Assembly (NCBI RefSeq): GCF_006345805.1
Contig: NC_042997.1
Span: 170,624,001-170,688,000, forward strand
Length of the DNA: 64,000 nt
Origin: Octopus sinensis
Lineage: Eukaryota
Reading direction: 5' to 3'
Below the pieces are notes generated by a model. That model saw nothing but the letters and a program-made list of their open reading frames with translations, had not been told where the DNA came from and made no database searches. The translations under genes and the position numbers were made by a program. Shown here piece after piece: positions 36,572 through 48,090 of the stretch. Positions within the stretch are counted from its first letter, which is position 1, and the number at the start of each line of letters is the position of its first letter.

Positions 36572-36960
36572 TAGGAGTGGCTGTGTGGTAAGTAGCTTGC
36601 TTACGAACCACATGGTTCCAGGTTCAGTCCCACTGCGGGGCACCTTGGGCAAGTGTCTTCTGCTATAGCCTCAGGCCAACCAAAGCCTTGTGAGTGGATT
36701 TGGTAGACGGAACTAAAAGAAGCCTGTCGTATATATGTATATATATGTATGTGTGTGTGTACATGTTTGTGTGTCTGTGTTTGTCCCCCCGACATCGCTT
36801 GACAACTGATGCTGGTGTGTTTATGTCCCCAGCAAAAGAGGCCGATAGAATAAGTACTAGGCTTACAAAGAATAAGTCCTGAGGTCGATTTGCTCAACTA
36901 AAGGCAGTGCTCCAGCATGGCCACAGTCAAATGACTGAAACAAGTAAAAGAGTAAAGAGT
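36572..36960 (+). mobile_element. SINE family B
   Basis: Head/CORE/tail. Confidence 0.9.
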
Positions 36961-37289
36961 AACATATACAAGGCAAAGAAGTGAAATCTTTTTGAAATCA
37001 CATCCTATAAATTTTTAAAACTAGCAAAGGGTATGTTGACTGGAGTTCAACAGCAATAAAAAAAAAATATCAATAGTAGTGACAACAACTAAGGAATCTC
37101 TATATAGTGGTTTGGTTTGACTTGCTAAGAATAAGAGGCAATGGCGAAAGACTGAGATCTCTGGAGATATGCTGTGACTGCAAAGACCCAACAAATAAGG
37201 TGAGTTCATAGCTGTTTCCTGCATCAGTTTCGCATAGCCCCAGCCCATCCAAAGAACCTTGGATTGCAGAACAACCTGCTGTACTTACC

Positions 37290-37712
37290 TTGGATCGTAG
37301 AGTGACCTGCTGTGCTTGAGGAGACCTATTGAGTCAAGTACATCAACATCAAAATAAATATCAAATGGAAATTGTAGTTGTGATATCTGTGCTGGTGGCA
37401 CGTAAAAAGCACCATCCAAATTGTGGCCGATGCCAGCACCACTTTGACTGGTTTCTGAGTCGGTAGTACATAAAAAGCACCAACCGATTGTGGCCACTGC
37501 CATCCTCCCCTGGCACCTGTGCCAGTGGCATGTAAAAAGTACCCACTACACTCATGGAGTGGTTGGCATTAGGAAGGGCATCCAGCTGTAGAAACACTGC
37601 CAGATCAGACTGGAGCCTGGTGCAGCCTCCTGGCTTCCCAGACCCCGGTCGAACCGTCCAACCCATGTTAGTACGGAAAACGGACGTTAAACGATGCTGA
37701 TGATGATGATGA
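37290..37712 (+). mobile_element. RTE LINE 3' UTR (family D)
   Basis: Same subfamily as 12900-13325 (TCAACATCAAAATAAA..TCAAATGGAAAT). Confidence 0.85.
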
Positions 37713-38023
37713 ATATCCTAATCACCCCCAAATCACACTCCATCATCGTGAAGACAGAAAGAAATATTGAATGATGTGGTCTTAGAGAATGCCTGTGAAC
37801 ATACCACTGAGGCAGCAACCACAATATCAACAACAATAACAGCAATTGCAACTTCAACAGCAGCTGTAACAGCAATGTACGACATTAGCAACAGCAGCAA
37901 CAACATTGACAGAAGCAACTCAAGAAGAATCAGTATCAGCAGTAACAAGAACAATAAAATCCACAGTATTAATGACAACAAAACAAGAACAACGGCTGCT
38001 ACTACTATTACTACTACTACTAT

Positions 38024-38071
<48 letters not shown>

Positions 38072-38078
38072 CACTACC

Positions 38079-38110
<32 letters not shown>

Positions 38111-38194
38111 CAATACCACCACCACACCACCACCACTACTACTACTACTACTACAAGTAATAGCAATAGCAGCAGCAGCACCAGTAGTAGTAGC

Positions 38195-38227
<33 letters not shown>

Positions 38228-38700
38228 TGTGCAGCAGCAGCAGCAATAGCAGCAGCTATATATTTATCAATAGCAACAACTTCAAAATCAATAACAGCTG
38301 CAACAACAATCTACAATATCTACACTACCATCAGCACTACCGCCGCCGCTGCCACCACCGCCACCGCCACCACCACCAACAACAACAACAACAACAACAA
38401 TACCACCACCACCACCACCACTACTACTACTACTACAAGTAATAGCAATAGCAGCAGCAGCACCAGTAGTAGTAGCAGTAGTAGTAGTAATAGTAGTAGT
38501 AGTAGTAGTAGTAGTAGTTGTGCAGCAGCAGCAGCAATAGCAGCAGCTATATATTTATCAATAGCAACAACTTCAAAATCAATAACAGCTGCAACAACAA
38601 TCTACAATATCTACACTACCATCAGCACTACCGCCGCCGCTGCCACCACCGCCACCGCCACCACCACCAACAACAACAACAATACCACCACCACCACCAC
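38111..38700. repeat. ~285-bp tandem duplication of a trinucleotide mosaic
   Basis: Unique core CTATATATTTATCAATAGCAACAACTTCAAAATCAATAACAGCTG at ~38256 and ~38547. Confidence 0.9.
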
Positions 38701-39874
38701 CACCACCGCCACCGCCACCACCACCACCACAACAACAACAGCAACAACAACATCAACGGCAGCACTAACACAAAAGAATGAACATAACACTTCATCAAAG
38801 AATAATCATGGATAACAATATATTGATAAAAACAAGCAGCAGTGCGAAGACACAATATTGTGAAACTTGGCTTGTGTAATAGTAGAAGAAAAGATACTGG
38901 GCAAAAAATAATGTTTTATTTTCAATCAATAACGATGATGACAACAACAACAACAACAACAACAGCAATAATAATCCTTTCTGTTATAGGCATAAGGCTT
39001 GAAATGTTTGGTAGGAAGTGGACTAGTCAATTGCATTGACCTCAGTGCTCAACTGGTAAACTATTTTATTGACCTCCAAAAGGACAAAAGGCAAAGACAG
39101 CCTCAGAGCATCTGGTACTTATGAAAGGCAAAGTCAACCTTAGTAGAATTTGAACTCAAAACATAAACATGGTGCATGCATCTTCTAGTCAGCTTGGAAT
39201 TGCAGCATTGTTTCTAAAAGGTGTGCATCTTGAAGTATGAATGGTCTTCTTGGATTCATGGTAAATCAGTGACCTTGGACACAAGCAGCAGTAAAGTCAT
39301 CTATGCTTCAACAGAGAAGCAGAACAGCTGGATTAATGCCACTAAGCTTTTTGTCCAGCCTTAACAATAATAATGATTATGATAGTAATAAGTTTTTAAT
39401 TGTCTCTTCAAATTTACTCACTAAAATTCGAGCAAATCGACCCCAAGAATAAGTCCTGGGGTCGATTTGCTCGACTAAAGGCAGTGCTCCAGCATGGTCG
39501 CAGTCAAATGACTGAAACAAGTGAAAGAATATAATCTATTTCCTGTACTGCTATGTTACTACTACAACTAAAGGTTTAATTTCTAATTATTCTCTTCAGG
39601 ATGTACCATGACCAGTTGTTGATGATTGGCTCTGTCCACTGCCAATTAACTAAAACATCAGCATGTAGGCTTTGAGTGTTGAGAAAGACTTATTCAGCTT
39701 CCAGTAGCTGGATTCTTGCTTTTAGGTCACCTATGCAAATCTTCAATTTGTGATCTGTACCTAATGATGTTACAAACAGCTTATATAGATATAATCTGGA
39801 TGACCTAATGTGATTGCTCCATGACCACACTAGCACATTTGGTCAAAATCTCTCAGATTGTTGGAAACATTTGT

Positions 39875-40205
39875 AAGCCTAGTACTTATTCTAACAGTCT
39901 CTTTTGCCGAACTGCTAAGTTACGGTGACGTAAACATACCAGCATCGGTTGTCAAGCGATGCTGGGGGGACAAACACAGACACACAAACATATACACACA
40001 CGTACATATACATATATACACACATATATACACTTATACATATATACGACAGGCTTCTTTCAGTTTCCATCTACCAAATCCATCCACAAGGCTTTGGTCG
40101 GCCCAAGGCTATAGTAGAAGACACTTGCCTAAAGTGCCACACAGTGGGACTGAACCCGGAACCATGTGGTTGGTAAGCAAGCTACTTACCACACAGCCAC
40201 TCCTA
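39875..40205 (-). mobile_element. SINE family B
   Basis: Reverse complement of head and CORE-like domain. Confidence 0.9.
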
Positions 40206-40291
40206 CTCTGAATACATTTGCACTTTGTCATATATGTACACTGACATTGCACATCCAGTGAAGCATATTAACTATTTTTCTTTTTTTTTTC

Positions 40292-40577
40292 ACCCTTTTC
40301 AAGCCTAGCCAGGCTCATGGGCCTGGTTTCCCAGTTTCTGTGGCGTATGTGTTCCCCCCAGCTGGACGGGACGCCAGTCCATCGCTGCGTTACTCAAGAG
40401 TGAGAGAAAGTTGTGGTGAAAGAGTACAACAGGGGTTGCCCCACCTCCGCCGGAGCCTCGTGGAGCTTTTAGGTGTTTTCGCTCAATAAACACACACAAT
40501 GCCCGGTCTGGGAATCAAAACCACGATCCTCCGACCGCGAGTCTGCTGTCATAACCACTGGGCCATTGTGCCTCCAC
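40292..40577 (-). mobile_element. SINE C1 head with alternative 3' tail
   Basis: Head as at 9030-9417 but tail GCGATGGACTGGCGTCCCGTCCAGCTGGGGGGAAC; same as 44484-44785. Confidence 0.85.
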
Positions 40578-41689
40578 ATATTAACAATTATTGTATTATA
40601 AAATAACTTATTGTGTAAAACTTGAAGGTTTGTTAATGGAAGACTTAAAGAGTTGTGATATTATAATTCATTCTTTGTATATAACTTACTAATTATTTAT
40701 TTAATAGTTAGCATAAAGCTGTCTTGTTCTATTTATGACTTTTCTAAACAATATTTAAAATTTGATTTATCTTTATGATTTACATTGTATTGCAGAATGA
40801 AAAAAATGAACAAAACAAGAGTAAACAGTTATGTTTAGTACATCAAAACAAAATCATGGCTTATATGATGTTCCCTTTAAATAACCACAAACTGCAGCTA
40901 AATGTAGCATTTCAGTAAAACGAGACCATGACTAGGTTAAAATTTAAAAAGAAAAAGCACTGCTTTGAACTCCAGATACTCCAGTGTCATTCATTTCAAA
41001 CAGCTTATCTGGCTATGGGAAAAATATTGCCTTGCTTGGAATAAAAGATAAAGGTTGGCAACATGAAGGGCATCCCAGCTGTTGAAAAATCTGCCTCAAC
41101 GAATTACATCCAACCCAGGCAAAAGTGGACTTTAAAAATGATGATGGTTATGATGATGGTTATGATGATGGTGATGATGGCGATGATGATGGTGGTGATG
41201 GCGATGATGATGGTGATGATGATGATAAAGATGATGCAGATGATGATAATAATGATACTAATATACCCACTCCAGCACGCCTTCAAATGCTGTAAAATTA
41301 AAAGAAAGCAAATGGCAAATATACTTTTTTAAAAATGATCAAAAATCAAAAAAACACAACCAAATACATCAAAAATAAAGCTTAAAATATTATTCTTTCT
41401 CTAGAAAATGATAAATATAGCTACTACCACAACTACTACCACTACCATCACCACACTTAATAACAACCATTACAAACATATCTTCCATTGATAGAAGAAT
41501 ATAGTTCTCTTTCAAAGAGAAAGAAAGCGTTGAGATTGTTTCCACTTTTAATTTTTATTATTTCTAAGTTATTCTTACATTTACATCAGTTTTTATTATT
41601 TATTCAAATTATGTTAATCTAGTATCATTTTCACAAAGATTTTGTTGAATTATTTTAGGATTAATTGTTTTTGTAATGCCCTTATGATT

Positions 41690-41723
41690 GATAATAACAA
41701 AAAGATAAAAAGAATTATTATTA

Positions 41724-41762
<39 letters not shown>

Positions 41763-42319
41763 CATTATTATTATCATTATTATTATTATTATTTTGTTAT
41801 TCTTATTATTATTATCCTTCTTCTTCTTCTTCTTCTTCTTCTTCTTCTTCTCCTCTTCCTCCTCCTCCTTATTATTGTTCAGTAAACGTTATTCTTCTTC
41901 TTCTTCTTCTTCTTCTTCTTCTCCTTTTTCTTCTTCTTCTTCTTCTTCTTCTTCTTCTTCTTCTCCTCTTCCTCCTCCTCCTTATTCTTGTTCTTCTTTT
42001 CTTCTTCTTCTCTTCTTCTTCTTCTCTTCTCCTTTTTCTTCTTCTTCTTCTTCTTCTTCTTCTTCTTCTCCTTTCTCCTCCTCCTCCTCCTTATTGTTAT
42101 TATTATTCAGTAAACATTATTACTATTATTATTATTATTATTATTGTTACTATTCTTCTTCTTCTTCTTCTTCTTCTTCTTCTTCTTCTTCTTCTTCTTC
42201 TTCTTCTTCTTTTTCTTCTTCTTCTTCTTATTATTATTTTGTTATTCTTCTTCTTATTATCATTCTTCTTCTTCTTCTTCTTCTGCTTCTTCTTCTTATT
42301 GTTATTATTATTCAGTAAA

Positions 42320-42379
<60 letters not shown>

Positions 42380-42425
42380 TATTATTATTACTATTGTTAT
42401 TATTATTATTCAGTAAACATTATTT
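41690..42425. repeat. (TTA)n/(TCT)n mosaic with higher-order spacer TTCAGTAAACATTATT
   Basis: Spacer recurs at about 41878, 42106, 42311 and 42409. Confidence 0.9.
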
Positions 42426-42731
42426 AGCTATTGAAGTGCAAATATGTTGTGTCAACAACCTGTTTTTTTTTCATTCTGTTGTTATAAATGCACACAATTA
42501 TTGTATACATGTGTTGTGTGTGTGTGAGCATATATAATTACGCTCAGACATATGGATATGTAAGTATATATTAATAAATATACATTTGTATTATATGTGC
42601 TTTTGTTTGCATGCACATGTGCATATGTATGTATGTATAAATTATATATATATATATATATATATGTATAAAATATATATATATATATATAATATATATA
42701 TATTATATTATATAACATACACATATATATG

Positions 42732-42778
<47 letters not shown>

Positions 42779-42792
42779 CATACATACACATA

Positions 42793-43318
42793 TAGGGTGC
42801 GGTGAATAAACTGTCATTTAAATCACGCAAAAATGAAAATAACACTGACATCTCATTTTAACAGATATATTTATCAAAATTATAGAAAAATATCTTGAAA
42901 TAATATTAAAGAGTAAATTTATTCAATAAAATCATCATTGGCTTCAACCATGGCTTCCAGACAACTTCAGAATCTCCCGCAACTCTTCTGGATGGTCTCC
43001 TTGTTTAAGTTGGTAAATGCTGCCATAATCCTTGCCTTCAGTTCATCTTTGGAGTTACAAAGAGTGTTGTTGGTCTTTCACTCAACTGCACTCCACCCAT
43101 AATAATTAAGGGAGTTGCAGTCTGGGGAGTTAGGTGGCCAGATGTTAGGGGTGATGTGGTCGCAGAAATTGTCTGACAGCCATGACTAGGTTCTCCTGCT
43201 TGTGTGGCATGGTGCAGAGTCCTATTACCAGACATAGGATCTTCCAGCAGCCACCATCTTGACCCAGGACCGCATCTTCTCCTCCGGGCATTTGATGTAT
43301 TGAGTGTGAGGCATCCAT
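42793..43318 (-). mobile_element. DD37D (maT-type) Tc1/mariner transposon 3' fragment
   Basis: Minus: PYVW**DSAPCHTSRRT*SWLSDNFCDHITPNIWPPNSPDCNSLNYY; 37 residues from D to the last catalytic position (now N); terminal TA. Confidence 0.85.
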
Positions 43319-43432
43319 GTATGTATGTATATAAAGTTAATCCAAACAAGAAAGCACAAAAAACACAACAACGCGAGGACGTGGAACAAATATAGTATTA
43401 TTGGATGCTCAGGAAAGAAGGAAAGAAGGAGG

Positions 43433-43467
43433 GTCTAACGTTTCGAGCGGAGCTCTTCGTCGGAAAC
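43433..43467 (-). ncRNA. Minimal hammerhead-like motif (Penelope-type terminus)
   Basis: GTTT-CCGACGA-A-GAGC TCC GCTC-GAAAC-GTT-AGAC. Confidence 0.55.
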
Positions 43468-43624
43468 ATGGGAGAAGGAAAGATCCAGAGAAGGGAAGAC
43501 AGAGGAAAAAAAATCGCCAACGGTACACACGAGGTCACATTTTTTGTATGTATATATATGTATGTATATATACATACATGTATATATGTATGTATGTATG
43601 TATGTTTGAATGTATGTATATATA

Positions 43625-43680
<56 letters not shown>

Positions 43681-43703
43681 TATAGATATATATATATATG
43701 TGT

Positions 43704-43767
<64 letters not shown>

Positions 43768-43920
43768 TATGGCTCAGTGATTAAAGTGTCAGGCTCACAA
43801 TCATGAGGATGTGAGTTTGATTCCCAGACTGGGCTGTGTGTAATGTTTTTGAATAAGACACTTTATTTCATGTTGCTCTGGTTCACTCAGCTGTACAAAT
43901 GAGTTGTGATGTCACTGATA
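43768..43920 (+). mobile_element. SINE C2-like head and CORE, truncated
   Basis: TGGCTCAGTGATTAAAG..GAGTTTGATTCCC..AAGACACTTTATTTCATGTTGCTC. Confidence 0.7.
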
Positions 43921-44483
43921 CCATATATATATATAAGTAGAAAAACAGACAAATGTTAAGAAGTTAAAGGAATTTATTTATTTATATGATGATTGCATAT
44001 AGAATTGACATGATATAATCAAGTCTTATCTTCACAACTGTTCTGAATGATTGGACATATTGCTATAAAATACATATTATGTAAGCAGATGGAATACTGC
44101 AATAATATTGAAGGTATACATAAAAGCAAAGCAAAGTATCAATTAGGACAGAACTTAATCAGTCTGTGCAGCAGATTTGCATCACTCTCTTCAGAAGATG
44201 AAAGGTGAATGGATTAATAGAGATAGCGTTTATAAATATATATTGAGGGTTTGAACCATATACATAGAAGGATGTAGAAGAGGGTTGTAGTGAAAGGTAT
44301 AGAGGTAGGTAGGTGATATGGAGAGGAGAAATGCAAGGAGAAGAGGAGTGTATTAGTGAACTGAAGAGAAGTGTAACTATGGAGATAAGGGTATAGTAGA
44401 AGGATTGAATGATCAAAGGAATGGTGAAGCTAAGGGTGAGTCAGAAACCACATTAATCATACCTGACTTTATTTTTTATGTGC

Positions 44484-44785
44484 CCTTTTCAAGCTTAGCC
44501 AGGCTCATGGGCCCAGTTTCCCGATTTCTATGGCATATGTGTTCCCCCCAGCTGGACGGGACGCCAGTCTATTGCAGTGTTACTCAAGAAACAGGAAGAA
44601 AAAGTGAGGGAAAGTTGTGGTGAAAGAGTACAACAGGGGTCACCACCACCCCCTGCCGGAGCCTCGTGGGGCTTCTTTTAGGTGTTTATGCTCAATAAAC
44701 ACACACAACACCTGGTCTGGGAATTGAAACCGTGATCCTCCGACTGCGAGTCCGCTGCCCTAACCACTGGGCCATTGCGCCTCCA
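44484..44785 (-). mobile_element. SINE C1 head with alternative tail
   Basis: Matches 40292-40577. Confidence 0.85.
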
Positions 44786-44974
44786 CTAATTAGACCAGAC
44801 TGGGAGTCAGTGTTGGATACTGATTGAGAGCAGTCACCCCCTCAGTCTTTGGAAGTATATGGTTTAGTGGTTAGTTTGTTGGACTCATGATTGTTAGATT
44901 GTGGTTTTGATTCCTGGACTGGGTGATACTTTGTCTTTCTTGTCTTTCACATAACATTTCTAGGGATTGAAGAG

Positions 44975-45178
44975 CAATTAGCTGGTGGAATCGTTAGTAT
45001 TGCAAGAAAAGTGTTTATCAGTATTTCATCTGTCTTATGTCCTGAGTTCAAAATCCACCAAGGTTGACTTTGTTTTTCATCCTTTTGAGGTTGATAAAAT
45101 AAGTACCAGTTGAGCGCTGGGGTCAATGTAATCAACTTACTCCTTCTCCTGAAATTGACGACCTTGTACCAAATTCGA
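44975..45178 (+). mobile_element. SINE family A, decayed
   Basis: GAGTTCAAAATCC..GACTTTGTTTTTCATCCTTTTGAGG..AAGTACCAG. Confidence 0.8.
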
Positions 45179-45487
45179 AGCAAATATCTCTGAGGATACT
45201 CAGTAGCATAAATTATATGCTATTCAGCTTCCCAGCTACAGAAATCTTGTAATAATGATAGACCAGGAAATGTCATAAGGTATACCTACATCTTTGAAGT
45301 GATCGATGTAAATGGCTGGGAAGGTAGGACATTGCTTTTCGAGAAAGAGCTAATATGTGCATGGTAATGATACTTAAAGTCAGCCATTGGTCCATTGTAA
45401 ATTCTTGTGGAGTTAGAGTGTGTTGTGTTAACTATACACTTATACACAACGCTGTAGTATAGACAGTAGCTCTTCAAGGGACACTTA

Positions 45488-46809
45488 CGAGGAGGTACCC
45501 AAAAGTAACAGGAAACGTTCTCTGTGGGACAAGCCACTTGTAGTTCAGGCTTCTGCCACTAGAAGCTGCTTGATGCAACCCTCAGGCATCAATCTGCTGA
45601 CCAGCATCATTAGGTGAACTCTTATTGCCACATGGTGCATCTTTGTTTTTCAGTGCTTCTTTCTCCTCTGTTCGTTGATTTTTACAATGGCTGAAATGAA
45701 GGAACAGCATGCTTCTGTAAAATTCTGTTTCCTGCTTGGGAGAATGGCGGCCAAAACAACTGTCATGCTTCAAACAACTTACAAGGACGCTGCCATGAGC
45801 AAAACACAAGTTTATAAGTGGTTTTCATGCTTTAGGAATGGTCACTTGTCGCTTGAAGACCAACCTTGTTCAGGGCGGCCATCAACATCCCAAATGAATG
45901 AAGACATCATGAAAATTCATGAACTGGTCCTGGAGGACCATCGCCGAGCCTTTGATGAACTTGTTGATATGACTGGCGTGTCCTGGAGCTCCTGCCAACA
46001 AATTTTGAGTGAGGAATTGTGAATGAAAATAATTGCAGCAAAATTTGTGCCTTGCTTGGTTAAGGAAGATCAAAAGCAGTCACAACTGAATGCATGTTGT
46101 GAACTGAAAAACACTTGGAAGTTGATCCAGAACTTTTTTCAAAGGTCATCACTGGTGATGAAAACTGATGCTTTGGATACGACCTAGAAACGAAGCAGCA
46201 ATCAAGTCAATGAAAGCATTCACTGTCACCCTGCACCCTAAAAAACACATCAAGTGAAGTCCAATGTCAAGACAATGCTGATTTGTTTCATCGATGCGAA
46301 AGGAATTGTCCACACAGAATTTGTTCCTCCTGATCAAACTGTTAACCAGACATTTCATTTGGCAGTTCTGAAGTGTTTGTGAGACGTGTGGAGATGAAGA
46401 CGCTTTGACCTGTGGCAAAGTGGAGAGTGGTGGTTTCATCATGACAATGCCCCAGCATACACTGCCTTAAATGTGAGACTGTTTTTGACCAAAAGTGGCA
46501 TGAGCTCGCTTATGCACCCTCTCTATTCAACCAATCTTGCTCACTGACATATTTTGTTTTTCCAAATGAATAGTCCTTAAAGGAAAACACTTCGTAGATT
46601 TGGAAGAGGGTGAAGAAAAAAATGATGGAGGCGTTAAAAGGCATCACTTTGCAAGAGTTCCAGGACTACTTTGAACAGTGGAAAATGCAACCAAACCAAT
46701 GCATTGCTTGAAATGGCGAATACATTGAAGGCAATAAAAATGTAAACATGTAAAATTAAGTGACTAAAATGATATTACAAAATTCTGGTTTCTTTTGGGT
46801 ACCCCCTCA
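45488..46809 (+). mobile_element. Full-length mariner element (1322 bp), TA TSD
   Basis: TIRs CGAGGAGGTACCCAAAAGTAACAGGAA vs reverse complement TGAGGGGGTACCCAAAAGAAACCAGAA; TA at 45486-45487 and 46810-46811. Confidence 0.92.
45687..46753 (+). pseudogene. Mariner transposase, disrupted
   Basis: MAEMKEQHASVKFCF..GRPSTS..AKFVP..ITGDE..HHDNAP..GEYIEG, with stops and frameshifts. Confidence 0.9.
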
Positions 46810-46835
46810 TAGTTAGTATTCTAAGATTGCACATC

Positions 46836-47072
46836 ATACCTGTTTCTTTATTACCCACAAGGGGCTAAATATAAAGGGGACAAACAAGGACAGACAAAGG
46901 GATTAAGTCGATTACATCGACCCCAGTGCATAACTGGTACTTAATTTATCGACCCCAAAAGGATGAAAGGCAAAGTCGACCTTAGCGGAATTTGAACTCA
47001 GAATGTAATGGCAGACGAAATATGGCTACGCATTTTGCCTGGCGTGCTAACGGTTCTGCCAGCTCGCTGCCT
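46836..47072 (-). mobile_element. SINE family A, full length, 14-bp TSD
   Basis: TAAGATTGCACATC at 46822-46835 and 47073-47086. Confidence 0.9.
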
Positions 47073-47552
47073 TAAGATTGCACATCTTATCTCAGGTAAT
47101 GCAAGGCTCATCATTTATTTCATTATGATCATTATAAACGATATTATTATCAGTCTCATTATCAATCATATTATTATTGCCATTATCATTAGAAGCACCA
47201 TAATTATTATTACAGCCACACAATTACTATAAATATTGTCATTATTATAATTGCTATTATGATTAAAACTATTGCTACATAAGCCATTATTCTTAGTACT
47301 ATTATTCATTCTTAACCTAATCATTAATGCTCTTTACAATATTGTCCCTTTTATTATGGATGAGTGTAGGAATACCTTTATTAGCAAGGGTTGGTTGACC
47401 ATGTTTGTTATTATGGGACTGATAAATAATATTACTAGCATAGTTATATTATTTATCAGTTAATTATTTATTTATAACATAGTTATACACATATGATAAT
47501 AATCATTATTCATGTGGGTACCTATAACATTATTGTTGCTATTAATATTATG

Positions 47553-48090
47553 ATCACTTCTGGTAACAATTTGTATCATCATTATTATTAAAATTGAAAG
47601 GCAGTGAGCTGGCAGAAATGTTAACATGCCAGGCAAAATGCTTAGCGACATTTCATCTGTCTACATTCTAAGTTTAAATTCTGGCAAGGTTAACTTTGCC
47701 TTTCATCCTTTTGGGGTTGACAAATTAAGTACCAGTTGCATACTGTGGTCGATCTAATCAACTGGTCCCCTCCCCCATAATTTTGGGTCTTGTGCCTAGA
47801 GTAGAAAAGATTAATATTATAATCACTTCTGGTAACAATTTTTATCATTATTATAATTAAAATTGAAAGGCGGCAAGCTAGCAGAAACGTTAGCACACTG
47901 GGCGAAATACTTAGTAGTATTTTGTCTGTCTTTATGTCCTGAATTCAAATTCCGCTGAGGTTGACTTTGCCTTTCATCCTTTCGGAGTTGATAAATTAAG
48001 TACCAGTTGTGTACTGGGGTCGATCTAATTGACTGGTTCCCTCCCCCAACATTTCAGGCCTTGTACCTAGAGTATAAGAGATTATTATCA
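47553..48090 (+). repeat. Old ~270-bp tandem duplication, each unit containing SINE A
   Basis: ATCACTTCTGGTAACAATTT..AAAATTGAAAGGC precedes both SINE copies. Confidence 0.85.
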
